From Lingula anatina (lineage: Eukaryota; Animalia; Brachiopoda), in contig CM120641.1 in assembly GCA_051362555.1 (NCBI GenBank), positions 40,616,401 through 40,680,400 on the forward strand: a DNA stretch of 64,000 bases, read 5' to 3'. Below are positions 21,601 to 36,600 of this stretch, piece after piece. The notes below the pieces were generated by a model, which was not told where the DNA came from, did no database searches, and worked only from the letters and a program-made list of their open reading frames with translations. Position 1 is the stretch's first letter, and the number at the start of each line of letters is the position of its first letter. Both the position numbers and the translations under genes were made by a program.

Positions 21601-24600
21601 AATATTAAGGAAGAAAAAGAGCAAAAACTCTGGCCACCCCCCCTCACTCCAGATCCTGTTTTCAGCTGTGTTTTTGGCTATCTTTAAAGCTGGAATTGGG
21701 GGCTTTAATGAAGTGATCCGGGCGTGTTTCCACATTTTTTATGAATGACAGGTGTGGTAGATTAATTTTCATCACATTTCGGAAAAATTGGTGACGGGTC
21801 GTTTTTGGGTGATTTTGAGTGATTTTCATCAGGTCCGCGTACAGCAGATTTCTTCAATTTTGGCCAAAAAGGGAAGAAATTTTTTTTTCTTCATTATAGT
21901 GACCGGTAGGTGTGTTGGGTCATTTGTAGTCAGTATAAAGTACTGGAAGAGTGGTTGTGTCAATATTAAGGAAGAAAAAGAGCAAAAACTCTGGCCACCC
22001 CCCCTCTCTCCAGATCCTGTTTTCAGCTGTGTTTTTGGCTATCTTTAAAGCTGGAATTGGGGGCTTTAATGAAGTGATCCGGGCGTGTTTCCACATTTTT
22101 TATGAATGACAGGTGTGGTAGATTAATTTTCATCACATTTCGGAAAAATTGGTGACGGGTCGTTTTTGGGTGATTTTGAGTGATTTTCATCAGGTCCGCG
22201 TACAGCAGATTTCTTCAATTTTGGCCAAAAAGGGAAGAAATTTTTTTTTCTTCATTATAGTGACCGGTAGGTGTGTTGGGTCATTTGTAGTCAGTATAAA
22301 GTACTGGAAGAGTGGTTGTGTCAATATTAAGGAAGAAAAAGAGCAAAAACTCTGGCCACCCCCCCTCTCTCCAGATCCTGTTTTCAGCTGTGTTTTTGGC
22401 TATCTTTAAAGCTGGAATTGGGGGCTTTAATGAAGTGATCCGGGCGTGTTTCCACATTTTTTATGAATGACAGGTGTGGTAGATTAATTTTCATCACATT
22501 TCGGAAAAATTGGTGACGGGTCGTTTTTGGGTGATTTTGAGTGATTTTCATCAGGTCCGCGTACAGCAGATTTCTTCAATTTTGGCCAAAAAGGGAAGAA
22601 ATTTTTTTTTCTTCATTATAGTGACCGGTAGGTGTGTTGGGTCATTTGTAGTCAGTATAAAGTACTGGAAGAGTGGTTGTGTCAATATTAAGGAAGAAAA
22701 AGAGCAAAAACTCTGGCCACCCCCCCTCTCTCCAGATCCTGTTTTCAGCTGTGTTTTTGGCTATCTTTAAAGCTGGAATTGGGGGCTTTAATGAAGTGAT
22801 CCGGGCGTGTTTCCACATTTTTTATGAATGACAGGTGTGGTAGATTAATTTTCATCACATTTCGGAAAAATTGGTGACGGGTCGTTTTTGGGTGATTTTG
22901 AGTGATTTTCATCAGGTCCGCGTACAGCAGATTTCTTCAATTTTGGCCAAAAAGGGAAGAAATTTTTTTTTCTTCATTATAGTGACCGGTAGGTGTGTTG
23001 GGTCATTTGTAGTCAGTATAAATTACTGGAAGAGTGGTTGTGTCAATATTAAGGAAGAAAAAGAGCAAAAACTCTGGCCACCCCCCCTCTCTCCAGATCC
23101 TGTTTTCAGCTGTGTTTTTGGCTATCTTTAAAGCTGGAATTGGGGGCTTTAATGAAGTGATCCGGGCGTGTTTCCACATTTTTTATGAATGACAGGTGTG
23201 GTAGATTAATTTTCATCACATTTCGGAAAAATTGGTGACGGGTCGTTTTTGGGTGATTTTGAGTGATTTTCATCAGGTGCGCGTACAGCAGATTTCTTCA
23301 ATTTTGGCCAAAAAGGGAAGAAATTTTTTTTTCTTCATTATAGTGACCGGTAGGTGTGTTGGGTCATTTGTAGTCAGTATAAAGTACTGGAAGAGTGGTT
23401 GTGTCAATATTAAGGAAGAAAAAGAGCAAAAACTCTGGCCACCCCCCCTCTCTCCAGATCCTGTTTTCAGCTGTGTTTTTGGCTATCTTTAAAGCTGGAA
23501 TTGGGGGCTTTAATGAAGTGATCCGGGCGTGTTTCCACATTTTTTATGAATGACAGGTGTGGTAGATTAATTTTCATCACATTTCGGAAAAATTGGTGAC
23601 GGGTCGTTTTTGGGTGATTTTGAGTGATTTTCATCAGGTCCGCGTACAGCAGATTTCTTCAATTTTGGCCAAAAAGGGAAGAAATTTTTTTTTCTTCATT
23701 ATAGTGACCGGTAGGTGTGTTGGGTCATTTGTAGTCAGTATAAAGTACTGGAAGAGTGGTTGTGTCAATATTAAGGAAGAAAAAGAGCAAAAACTCTGGC
23801 CACCCCCCCCTCTCTCCAGATCCTGTTTTCAGCTGTGTTTTTGGCTATCTTTAAAGCTGGAATTGGGGGCTTTAATGAAGTGATCCGGGCGTTTCCACAT
23901 TTTTTATGAATGACAGGTGTGGTAGATTAATTTTCATCACATTTCGGAAAAATTGGTGACGGGTCGTTTTTGGGTGATTTTGAGTGATTTTCATCAGGTC
24001 CGCGTACAGCAGATTTCTTCAATTTTGGCCAAAAAGGGAAGAAATTTTTTTTTCTTCATTATAGTGACCGGTAGGTGTGTTGGGTCATTTGTAGTCAGTA
24101 TAAAGTACTGGAAGAGTGGTTGTGTCAATATTAAGGAAGAAAAAGAGCAAAAACTCTGGCCACCCCCCCTCTCTCCAGATCCTGTTTTCAGCTGTGTTTT
24201 TGGCTATCTTTAAAGCTGGAATTGGGGGCTTTAATGAAGTGATCCGGGCGTGTTTCCACATTTTTTATGAATGACAGGTGTGGTAGATTAATTTTCATCA
24301 CATTTCGGAAAAATTGGTGACGGGTCGTTTTTGGGTGATTTTGAGTGATTTTCATCAGGTCCGCGTACAGCAGATTTCTTCAATTTTGGCCAAAAAGGGA
24401 AGAAATTTTTTTTTCTTCATTATAGTGACCGGTAGGTGTGTTGGGTCATTTGTAGTCAGTATAAAGTACTGGAAGAGTGGTTGTGTCAATATTAAGGAAG
24501 AAAAAGAGCAAAAACTCTGGCCACCCCCCCTCTCTCCAGATCCTGTTTTCAGCTGTGTTTTTGGCTATCTTTAAAGCTGGAATTGGGGGCTTTAATGAAG

Positions 24601-27600
24601 TGATCCGGGCGTGTTTCCACATTTTTTATGAATGACAGGTGTGGTAGATTAATTTTCATCACATTTCGGAAAAATTGGTGACGGGTCGTTTTTGGGTGAT
24701 TTTGAGTGATTTTCATCAGGTCCGCGTACAGCAGATTTCTTCAATTTTGGCCAAAAAGGGAAGAATTTTTTTTTTCTTCATTATAGTGACCGGTAGGTGT
24801 GTTGGGTCATTTGTAGTCAGTATAAAGTACTGGAAGAGTGGTTGTGTCAATATTAAGGAAGAAAAAGAGCAAAAACTCTGGCCACCCCCCCTCTCTCCAG
24901 ATCCTGTTTTCAGCTGTGTTTTTGGCTATCTTTAAAGCTGGAATTGGGGGCTTTAATGAAGTGATCCGGGCGTGTTTCCACATTTTTTATGAATGACAGG
25001 TGTGGTAGATTAATTTTCATCACATTTCGGAAAAATTGGTGACGGGTCGTTTTTGGGTGATTTTGAGTGATTTTCATCAGGTCCGCGTACAGCAGATTTC
25101 TTCAATTTTGGCCAAAAAGGGAAGAAATTTTTTTTTCTTCATTATAGTGACCGGTAGGTGTGTTGGGTCATTTGTAGTCAGTATAAAGTACTGGAAGAGT
25201 GGTTGTGTCAATATTAAGGAAGAAAAAGAGCAAAAACTCTGGCCACCCCCCCTCTCTCCAGATCCTGTTTTCAGCTGTGTTTTTGGCTATCTTTAAAGCT
25301 GGAATTGGGGGCTTTAATGAAGTGATCCGGGCGTGTTTCCACATTTTTTATGAATGACAGGTGTGGTAGATTAATTTTCATCACATTTCGGAAAAATTGG
25401 TGACGGGTCGTTTTTGGGTGATTTTGAGTGATTTTCATCAGGTCCGCGTACAGCAGATTTCTTCAATTTTGGCCAAAAAGGGAAGAAATTTTTTTTTCTT
25501 CATTATAGTGACCGGTAGGTGTGTTGGGTCATTTGTAGTCAGTATAAAGTACTGGAAGAGTGGTTGTGTCAATATTAAGGAAGAAAAAGAGCAAAAACTC
25601 TGGCCACCCCCCCTCTCTCCAGATCCTGTTTTCAGCTGTGTTTTTGGCTATCTTTAAAGCTGGAATTGGGGGCTTTAATGAAGTGATCCGGGCGTGTTTC
25701 CACATTTTTTATGAATGACAGGTGTGGTAGATTAATTTTCATCACATTTCGGAAAAATTGGTGACGGGTCGTTTTTGGGTGATTTTGAGTGATTTTCATC
25801 AGGTCCGCGTACAGCAGATTTCTTCAATTTTGGCCAAAAAGGGAAGAAATTTTTTTTTCTTCATTATAGTGACCGGTAGGTGTGTTGGGTCATTTGTAGT
25901 CAGTATAAAGTACTGGAAGAGTGGTTGTGTCAATATTAAGGAAGAAAAAGAGCAAAAACTCTGGCCACCCCCCCTCTCTCCAGATCCTGTTTTCAGCTGT
26001 GTTTTTGGCTATCTTTAAAGCTGGAATTGGGGGCTTTAATGAAGTGATCCGGGCGTGTTTCCACATTTTTTATGAATGACAGGTGTGGTAGATTAATTTT
26101 CATCACATTTCGGAAAAATTGGTGACGGGTCGTTTTTGGGTGATTTTGAGTGATTTTCATCAGGTCCGCGTACAGCAGATTTCTTCAATTTTGGCCAAAA
26201 AGGGAAGAAATTTTTTTTTCTTCATTATAGTGACCGGTAGGTGTGTTGGGTCATTTGTAGTCAGTATAAAGTACTGGAAGAGTGGTTGTGTCAATATTAA
26301 GGAAGAAAAAGAGCAAAAACTCTGGCCACCCCCCCTCACTCCAGATCCTGTTTTCAGCTGTGTTTTTGGCTATCTTTAAAGCTGGAATTGGGGGCTTTAA
26401 TGAAGTGATCCGGGCGTGTTTCCACATTTTTTATGAATGACAGGTGTGGTAGATTAATTTTCATCACATTTCGGAAAAATTGGTGACGGGTCGTTTTTGG
26501 GTGATTTTGAGTGATTTTCATCAGGTCCGCGTACAGCAGATTTCTTCAATTTTGGCCAAAAAGTGAAGAAATTTTTTTTTCTTCATTATAGTGACCGGTA
26601 GGTGTGTTGGGTCATTTGTAGTCAGTATAAAGTACTGGAAGAGTGGTTGTGTCAATATTAAGGAAGAAAAAGAGCAAAAACTCTGGCCACCCCCCCTCTC
26701 TCCAGATCCTGTTTTCAGCTGTGTTTTTGGCTATCTTTAAAGCTGGAATTGGGGGCTTTAATGAAGTGATCCGGGCGTGTTTCCACATTTTTTATGAATG
26801 ACAGGTGTGGTAGATTAATTTTCATCACATTTCGGAAAAATTGGTGACGGGTCGTTTTGGGGTGATTTTGAGTGATTTTCATCAGGTCCGCGTACAGCAG
26901 ATTTCTTCAATTTTGGCCAAAAAGGGAAGAAATTTTTTTTCTTCATTATAGTGACCGGTAGGTGTGTTGGGTCATTTGTAGTCAGTATAAAGCACTGGAA
27001 GAGTGGTTGTGTCAATATTAAGGAAGAAAAAGAGCAAAAACTCTGGCCACCCCCCCTCTCTCCAGATCCTGTTTTCAGCTGTGTTTTTGGCTATCTTTAA
27101 AGCTGGAATTGGGGGCTTTAATGAAGTGATCCGGGCGTGTTTCCACATTTTTTATGAATGACAGGTGTGGTAGATTAATTTTCATCACATTTCGGAAAAA
27201 TTGGTGACGGGTCGTTTTTGGGTGATTTTGAGTGATTTTCATCAGGTCCGCGTACAGCAGATTTCTTCAATTTTGGCCAAAAAGGGAAGAAATTTTTTTT
27301 TCTTCATTATAGTGACCGGTAGGTGTGTTGGGTCATTTGTAGTCAGTATAAAGTACTGGAAGAGTGGTTGTGTCAATATTAAGGAAGAAAAAGAGCAAAA
27401 ACTCTGGCCACCCCCCCTCTCTCCAGATCCTGTTTTCAGCTGTGTTTTTGGCTATCTTTAAAGCTGGAATTGGGGGCTTTAATGAAGTGATCCGGGCGTG
27501 TTTCCACATTTTTTATGAATGACAGGTGTGGTAGATTAATTTTCATCACATTTCGGAAAAATTGGTGACGGGTCGTTTTTGGGTGATTTTGAGTGATTTT

Positions 27601-30600
27601 CATCAGGTCCGCGTACAGCAGATTTCTTCAATTTTGGCCAAAAAGGGAAGAAATTTTTTTTTCTTCATTATAGTGACCGGTAGGTGTGTTGGGTCATTTG
27701 TAGTCAGTATAAAGTACTGGAAGAGTGGTTGTGTCAATATTAAGGAAGAAAAAGAGCAAAAACTCTGGCCACCCCCCCTCTCTCCAGATCCTGTTTTCAG
27801 CTGTGTTTTTGGCTATCTTTAAAGCTGGAATTGGGGGCTTTAATGAAGTGATCCGGGCGTGTTTCCACATTTTTTATGAATGACAGGTGTGGTAGATTAA
27901 TTTTCATCACATTTCGGAAAAATTGGTGACGGGTCGTTTTTGGGTGATTTTGAGTGATTTTCATCAGGTCCGCGTACAGCAGATTTCTTCAATTTTGGCC
28001 AAAAAGGGAAGAAATTTTTTTTTCTTCATTATAGTGACCGGTAGGTGTGTTGGGTCATTTGTAGTCAGTATAAAGTACTGGAAGAGTGGTTGTGTCAATA
28101 TTAAGGAAGAAAAAGAGCAAAAACTCTGGCCACCCCCCCTCACTCCAGATCCTGTTTTCAGCTGTGTTTTTGGCTATCTTTAAAGCTGGAATTGGGGGCT
28201 TTAATGAAGTGATCCGGGCGTGTTTCCACATTTTTTATGAATGACAGGTGTGGTAGATTAATTTTCATCACATTTCGGAAAAATTGGTGACGGGTCGTTT
28301 TTGGGTGATTTTGAGTGATTTTCATCAGGTCCGCGTACAGCAGATTTCTTCAATTTTGGCCAAAAAGGGAAGAAATTTTTTTTTCTTCATTATAGTGACC
28401 GGTAGGTGTGTTGGGTCATTTGTAGTCAGTATAAAGTACTGGAAGAGTGGTTGTGTCAATATTAAGGAAGAAAAAGAGCAAAAACTCTGGCCACCCCCCC
28501 TCTCTCCAGATCCTGTTTTCAGCTGTGTTTTTGGCTATCTTTAAAGCTGGAATTGGGGGCTTTAATGAAGTGATCCGGGCGTGTTTCCACATTTTTTATG
28601 AATGACAGGTGTGGTAGATTAATTTTCATCACATTTCGGAAAAATTGGTGACGGGTCGTTTTGGGGTGATTTTGAGTGATTTTCATCAGGTCCGCGTACA
28701 GCAGATTTCTTCAATTTTGGCCAAAAAGGGAAGAAATTTTTTTTCTTCATTATAGTGACCGGTAGGTGTGTTGGGTCATTTGTAGTCAGTATAAAGCACT
28801 GGAAGAGTGGTTGTGTCAATATTAAGGAAGAAAAAGAGCAAAAACTCTGGCCACCCCCCCTCTCTCCAGATCCTGTTTTCAGCTGTGTTTTTGGCTATCT
28901 TTAAAGCTGGAATTGGGGGCTTTAATGAAGTGATCCGGGCGTGTTTCCACATTTTTTATGAATGACAGGTGTGGTAGATTAATTTTCATCACATTTCGGA
29001 AAAATTGGTGACGGGTCGTTTTTGGGTGATTTTGAGTGATTTTCATCAGGTCCGCGTACAGCAGATTTCTTCAATTTTGGCCAAAAAGGGAAGAAATTTT
29101 TTTTTCTTCATTATAGTGACCGGTAGGTGTGTTGGGTCATTTGTAGTCAGTATAAAGCACTGGAAGAGTGGTTGTGTCAATATTAAGGAAGAAAAAGAGC
29201 AAAAACTCTGGCCACCCCCCCCCTCTCCAGATCCTGTTTTCAGCTGTGTTTTTGGCTATCTTTAAAGCTGGAATTGGGGGCTTTAATGAAGTGATCCGGG
29301 CGTGTTTTCACATTTTTTATGAATGACAGGTGTGGTAGATTAATTTTCATCACATTTCGGAAAAATTGGTGATGGGTCGTTTTTGGGTGATTTTGAGTGA
29401 TTTTCATCAGGTCCGCGTACAGCAGATTTCTTCAATTTTGGCCAAAAAGGGAAGAAATTTTTTTTTCTTCATTATAGTGACCGGTAGGTGTGTTGGGTCA
29501 TTTGTAGTCAGTATAAAGTACTGGAAGAGTGGTTGTGTCAATATTAAGGAAGAAAAAGAGCAAAAACTCTGGCCACCCCCCCCTCTCTCCAGATCCTGTT
29601 TTCAGCTGTGTTTTTGGCTATCTTTAAAGCTGGAATTGGGGGCTTTAATGAAGTGATCCGGGCGTTTCCACATTTTTTATGAATGACAGGTGTGGTAGAT
29701 TAATTTTCATCACATTTCGGAAAAATTGGTGACGGGTCGTTTTTGGGTGATTTTGAGTGATTTTCATCAGGTCCGCGTACAGCAGATTTCTTCAATTTTG
29801 GCCAAAAAGGGAAGAAATTTTTTTTTCTTCATTATAGTGACCGGTAGGTGTGTTGGGTCATTTGTAGTCAGTATAAAGTACTGGAAGAGTGGTTGTGTCA
29901 ATATTAAGGAAGAAAAAGAGCAAAAACTCTGGCCACCCCCCCTCTCTCCAGATCCTGTTTTCAGCTGTGTTTTTGGCTATCTTTAAAGCTGGAATTGGGG
30001 GCTTTAATGAAGTGATCCGGGCGTGTTTCCACATTTTTTATGAATGACAGGTGTGGTAGATTAATTTTCATCACATTTCGGAAAAATTGGTGACGGGTCG
30101 TTTTTGGGTGATTTTGAGTGATTTTCATCAGGTCCGCGTACAGCAGATTTCTTCAATTTTGGCCAAAAAGGGAAGAAATTTTTTTTTCTTCATTATAGTG
30201 ACCGGTAGGTGTGTTGGGTCATTTGTAGTCAGTATAAAGTACTGGAAGAGTGGTTGTGTCAATATTAAGGAAGAAAAAGAGCAAAAACTCTGGCCACCCC
30301 CCCTCTCTCCAGATCCTGTTTTCAGCTGTGTTTTTGGCTATCTTTAAAGCTGGAATTGGGGGCTTTAATGAAGTGATCCGGGCGTGTTTCCACATTTTTT
30401 ATGAATGACAGGTGTGGTAGATTAATTTTCATCACATTTCGGAAAAATTGGTGACGGGTCGTTTTTGGGTGATTTTGAGTGATTTTCATCAGGTCCGCGT
30501 ACAGCAGATTTCTTCAATTTTGGCCAAAAAGGGAAGAAATTTTTTTTTCTTCATTATAGTGACCGGTAGGTGTGTTGGGTCATTTGTAGTCAGTATAAAT

Positions 30601-33600
30601 TACTGGAAGAGTGGTTGTGTCAATATTAAGGAAGAAAAAGAGCAAAAACTCTGGCCACCCCCCCTCTCTCCAGATCCTGTTTTCAGCTGTGTTTTTGGCT
30701 ATCTTTAAAGCTGGAATTGGGGGCTTTAATGAAGTGATCCGGGCGTGTTTCCACATTTTTTATGAATGACAGGTGTGGTAGATTAATTTTCATCACATTT
30801 CGGAAAAATTGGTGACGGGTCGTTTTTGGGTGATTTTGAGTGATTTTCATCAGGTGCGCGTACAGCAGATTTCTTCAATTTTGGCCAAAAAGGGAAGAAA
30901 TTTTTTTTTCTTCATTATAGTGACCGGTAGGTGTGTTGGGTCATTTGTAGTCAGTATAAAGTACTGGAAGAGTGGTTGTGTCAATATTAAGGAAGAAAAA
31001 GAGCAAAAACTCTGGCCACCCCCCCTCTCTCCAGATCCTGTTTTCAGCTGTGTTTTTGGCTATCTTTAAAGCTGGAATTGGGGGCTTTAATGAAGTGATC
31101 CGGGCGTGTTTCCACATTTTTTATGAATGACAGGTGTGGTAGATTAATTTTCATCACATTTCGGAAAAATTGGTGACGGGTCGTTTTTGGGTGATTTTGA
31201 GTGATTTTCATCAGGTCCGCGTACAGCAGATTTCTTCAATTTTGGCCAAAAAGGGAAGAATTTTTTTTTTCTTCATTATAGTGACCGGTAGGTGTGTTGG
31301 GTCATTTGTAGTCAGTATAAAGTACTGGAAGAGTGGTTGTGTCAATATTAAGGAAGAAAAAGAGCAAAAACTCTGGCCACCCCCCCTCTCTCCAGATCCT
31401 GTTTTCAGCTGTGTTTTTGGCTATCTTTAAAGCTGGAATTGGGGGCTTTAATGAAGTGATCCGGGCGTGTTTCCACATTTTTTATGAATGACAGGTGTGG
31501 TAGATTAATTTTCATCACATTTCGGAAAAATTGGTGACGGGTCGTTTTTGGGTGATTTTGAGTGATTTTCATCAGGTCCGCGTACAGCAGATTTCTTCAA
31601 TTTTGGCCAAAAAGGGAAGAAATTTTTTTTTCTTCATTATAGTGACCGGTAGGTGTGTTGGGTCATTTGTAGTCAGTATAAAGTACTGGAAGAGTGGTTG
31701 TGTCAATATTAAGGAAGAAAAAGAGCAAAAACTCTGGCCACCCCCCCTCTCTCCAGATCCTGTTTTCAGCTGTGTTTTTGGCTATCTTTAAAGCTGGAAT
31801 TGGGGGCTTTAATGAAGTGATCCGGGCGTGTTTCCACATTTTTTATGAATGACAGGTGTGGTAGATTAATTTTCATCACATTTCGGAAAAATTGGTGACG
31901 GGTCGTTTTTGGGTGATTTTGAGTGATTTTCATCAGGTCCGCGTACAGCAGATTTCTTCAATTTTGGCCAAAAAGGGAAGAATTTTTTTTTTCTTCATTA
32001 TAGTGACCGGTAGGTGTGTTGGGTCATTTGTAGTCAGTATAAAGTACTGGAAGAGTGGTTGTGTCAATATTAAGGAAGAAAAAGAGCAAAAACTCTGGCC
32101 ACCCCCCCTCTCTCCAGATCCTGTTTTCAGCTGTGTTTTTGGCTATCTTTAAAGCTGGAATTGGGGGCTTTAATGAAGTGATCCGGGCGTGTTTCCACAT
32201 TTTTTATGAATGACAGGTGTGGTAGATTAATTTTCATCACATTTCGGAAAAATTGGTGACGGGTCGTTTTTGGGTGATTTTGAGTGATTTTCATCAGGTC
32301 CGCGTACAGCAGATTTCTTCAATTTTGGCCAAAAAGGGAAGAAATTTTTTTTTCTTCATTATAGTGACCGGTAGGTGTGTTGGGTCATTTGTAGTCAGTA
32401 TAAAGTACTGGAAGAGTGGTTGTGTCAATATTAAGGAAGAAAAAGAGCAAAAACTCTGGCCACCCCCCCTCTCTCCAGATCCTGTTTTCAGCTGTGTTTT
32501 TGGCTATCTTTAAAGCTTGAATTGGGGGCTTTAATGAAGTGATCCGGGCGTGTTTCCACATTTTTTATGAATGACAGGTGTGGTAGATTAATTTTCATCA
32601 CATTTCGGAAAAATTGGTGACGGGTCGTTTTTGGGTGATTTTGAGTGATTTTCATCAGGTCCGCGTACAGCAGATTTCTTCAATTTTGGCCAAAAAGGGA
32701 AGAAATTTTTTTATCTTCATTATAGTGACCGGTAGGTGTGTTGGGTCATTTGTAGTCAGTATAAAGTACTGGAAGAGTGGTTGTGTCAATATTAAGGAAG
32801 AAAAAGAGCAAAAACTCTGGCCACCCCCCCTCTCTCCAGATCCTGTTTTCAGCTGTGTTTTTGGCTATCTTTAAAGCTGGAATTGGGGGCTTTAATGAAG
32901 TGATCCGGGCGTGTTTCCACATTTTTTATGAATGACAGGTGTGGTAGATTAATTTTCATCACATTTCGGAAAAATTGGTGACGGGTCGTTTTTGGGTGAT
33001 TTTGAGTGATTTTCATCAGGTCCGCGTACAGCAGATTTCTTCAATTTTGGCCAAAAAGGGAAGAAATTTTTTTTTCTTCATTATAGTGACCGGTAGGTGT
33101 GTTGGGTCATTTGTAGTCAGTATAAAGTACTGGAAGAGTGGTTGTGTCAATATTAAGGAAGAAAAAGAGCAAAAACTCTGGCCACCCCCCCTCTCTCCAG
33201 ATCCTGTTTTCAGCTGTGTTTTTGGCTATCTTTAAAGCTGGAATTGGGGGCTTTAATGAAGTGATCCGGGCGTGTTTCCACATTTTTTATGAATGACAGG
33301 TGTGGTAGATTAATTTTCATCACATTTCGGAAAAATTGGTGACGGGTCGTTTTTGGGTGATTTTGAGTGATTTTCATCAGGTCCGCGTACAGCAGATTTC
33401 TTCAATTTTGGCCAAAAAGGGAAGAAATTTTTTTTTCTTCATTATAGTGACCGGTAGGTGTGTTGGGTCATTTGTAGTCAGTATAAAGTACTGGAAGAGT
33501 GGTTGTGTCAATATTAAGGAAGAAAAAGAGCAAAAACTCTGGCCACCCCCCCTCTCTCCAGATCCTGTTTTCAGCTGTGTTTTTGGCTATCTTTAAAGCT

Positions 33601-36600
33601 GGAATTGGGGGCTTTAATGAAGTGATCCGGGCGTGTTTCCACATTTTTTATGAATGACAGGTGTGGTAGATTAATTTTCATCACATTTCGGAAAAATTGG
33701 TGACGGGTCGTTTTTGGGTGATTTTGAGTGATTTTCATCAGGTCCGCGTACAGCAGATTTCTTCAATTTTGGCCAAAAAGGGAAGAAATTTTTTTTTCTT
33801 CATTATAGTGACCGGTAGGTGTGTTGGGTCATTTGTAGTCAGTATAAAGTACTGGAAGAGTGGTTGTGTCAATATTAAGGAAGAAAAAGAGCAAAAACTC
33901 TGGCCACCCCCCCTCTCTCCAGATCCTGTTTTCAGCTGTGTTTTTGGCTATCTTTAAAGCTGGAATTGGGGGCTTTAATGAAGTGATCCGGGCGTGTTTC
34001 CACATTTTTTATGAATGACAGGTGTGGTAGATTAATTTTCATCACATTTCGGAAAAATTGGTGACGGGTCGTTTTTGGGTGATTTTGAGTGATTTTCATC
34101 AGGTCCGCGTACAGCAGATTTCTTCAATTTTGGCCAAAAAGGGAAGAAATTTTTTTTTCTTCATTATAGTGACCGGTAGGTGTGTTGGGTCATTTGTAGT
34201 CAGTATAAATTACTGGAAGAGTGGTTGTGTCAATATTAAGGAAGAAAAAGAGCAAAAACTCTGGCCACCCCCCCTCTCTCCAGATCCTGTTTTCAGCTGT
34301 GTTTTTGGCTATCTTTAAAGCTGGAATTGGGGGCTTTAATGAAGTGATCCGGGCGTGTTTCCACATTTTTTATGAATGACAGGTGTGGTAGATTAATTTT
34401 CATCACATTTCGGAAAAATTGGTGACGGGTCGTTTTTGGGTGATTTTGAGTGATTTTCATCAGGTCCGCGTACAGCAGATTTCTTCAATTTTGGCCAAAA
34501 AGGGAAGAAATTTTTTTTTCTTCATTATAGTGACCGGTAGGTGTGTTGGGTCATTTGTAGTCAGTATAAAGTACTGGAAGAGTGGTTGTGTCAATATTAA
34601 GGAAGAAAAAGAGCAAAAACTCTGGCCACCCCCCCTCTCTCCAGATCCTGTTTTCAGCTGTGTTTTTGGCTATCTTTAAAGCTGGAATTGGGGGCTTTAA
34701 TGAAGTGATCCGGGCGTGTTTCCACATTTTTTATGAATGACAGGTGTGGTAGATTAATTTTCATCACATTTCGGAAAAATTGGTGACGGGTCGTTTTTGG
34801 GTGATTTTGAGTGATTTTCATCAGGTCCGCGTACAGCAGATTTCTTCAATTTTGGCCAAAAAGGGAAGAATTTTTTTTTTCTTCATTATAGTGACCGGTA
34901 GGTGTGTTGGGTCATTTGTAGTCAGTATAAAGTACTGGAAGAGTGGTTGTGTCAATATTAAGGAAGAAAAAGAGCAAAAACTCTGGCCACCCCCCCCTCT
35001 CTCCAGATCCTGTTTTCAGCTGTGTTTTTGGCTATCTTTAAAGCTGGAATTGGGGGCTTTAATGAAGTGATCCGGGCGTGTTTCCACATTTTTTATGAAT
35101 GACAGGTGTGGTAGATTAATTTTCATCACATTTCGGAAAAATTGGTGACGGGTCGTTTTTGGGTGATTTTGAGTGATTTTCATCAGGTCCGCGTACAGCA
35201 GATTTCTTCAATTTTGGCCAAAAAGGGAAGAAATTTTTTTTTCTTCATTATAGTGACCGGTAGGTGTGTTGGGTCATTTGTAGTCAGTATAAAGTACTGG
35301 AAGAGTGGTTGTGTCAATATTAAGGAAGAAAAAGAGCAAAAACTCTGGCCACCCCCCCTCTCTCCAGATCCTGTTTTCAGCTGTGTTTTTGGCTATCTTT
35401 AAAGCTTGAATTGGGGGCTTTAATGAAGTGATCCGGGCGTGTTTCCACATTTTTTATGAATGACAGGTGTGGTAGATTAATTTTCATCACATTTCGGAAA
35501 AATTGGTGACGGGTCGTTTTTGGGTGATTTTGAGTGATTTTCATCAGGTCCGCGTACAGCAGATTTCTTCAATTTTGGCCAAAAAGGGAAGAAATTTTTT
35601 TATCTTCATTATAGTGACCGGTAGGTGTGTTGGGTCATTTGTAGTCAGTATAAATTACTGGAAGAGTGGTTGTGTCAATATTAAGGAAGAAAAAGAGCAA
35701 AAACTCTGGCCACCCCCCCTCTCTCCAGATCCTGTTTTCAGCTGTGTTTTTGGCTATCTTTAAAGCTGGAATTGGGGGCTTTAATGAAGTGATCCGGGCG
35801 TGTTTCCACATTTTTTATGAATGACATGTGTGGTAGATTAATTTTCATCACATTTCGGAAAAATTGGTGACGGGTCGTTTTTGGGTGATTTTGAGTGATT
35901 TTCATCAGGTCCGCGTACAGCAGATTTCTTCAATTTTGGCCAAAAAGGGAAGAAATTTTTTTTTCTTCATTATAGTGACCGGTAGGTGTGTTGGGTCATT
36001 TGTAGTCAGTATAAAGTACTGGAAGAGTGGTTGTGTCAATATTAAGGAAGAAAAAGAGCAAAAACTCTGGCCACCCCCCCTCTCTCCAGATCCTGTTTTC
36101 AGCTGTGTTTTTGGCTATCTTTAAAGCTGGAATTGGGGGCTTTAATGAAGTGATCCGGGCGTGTTTCCACATTTTTTATGAATGACAGGTGTGGTAGATT
36201 AATTTTCATCACATTTCGGAAAAATTGGTGACGGGTCGTTTTTGGGTGATTTTGAGTGATTTTCATCAGGTCCGCGTACAGCAGATTTCTTCAATTTTGG
36301 CCAAAAAGGGAAGAATTTTTTTTTTCTTCATTATAGTGACCGGTAGGTGTGTTGGGTCATTTGTAGTCAGTATAAATTACTGGAAGAGTGGTTGTGTCAA
36401 TATTAAGGAAGAAAAAGAGCAAAAACTCTGGCCACCCCCCCTCTCTCCAGATCCTGTTTTCAGCTGTGTTTTTGGCTATCTTTAAAGCTGGAATTGGGGG
36501 CTTTAATGAAGTGATCCGGGCGTGTTTCCACATTTTTTATGAATGACAGGTGTGGTAGATTAATTTTCATCACATTTCGGAAAAATTGGTGACGGGTCGT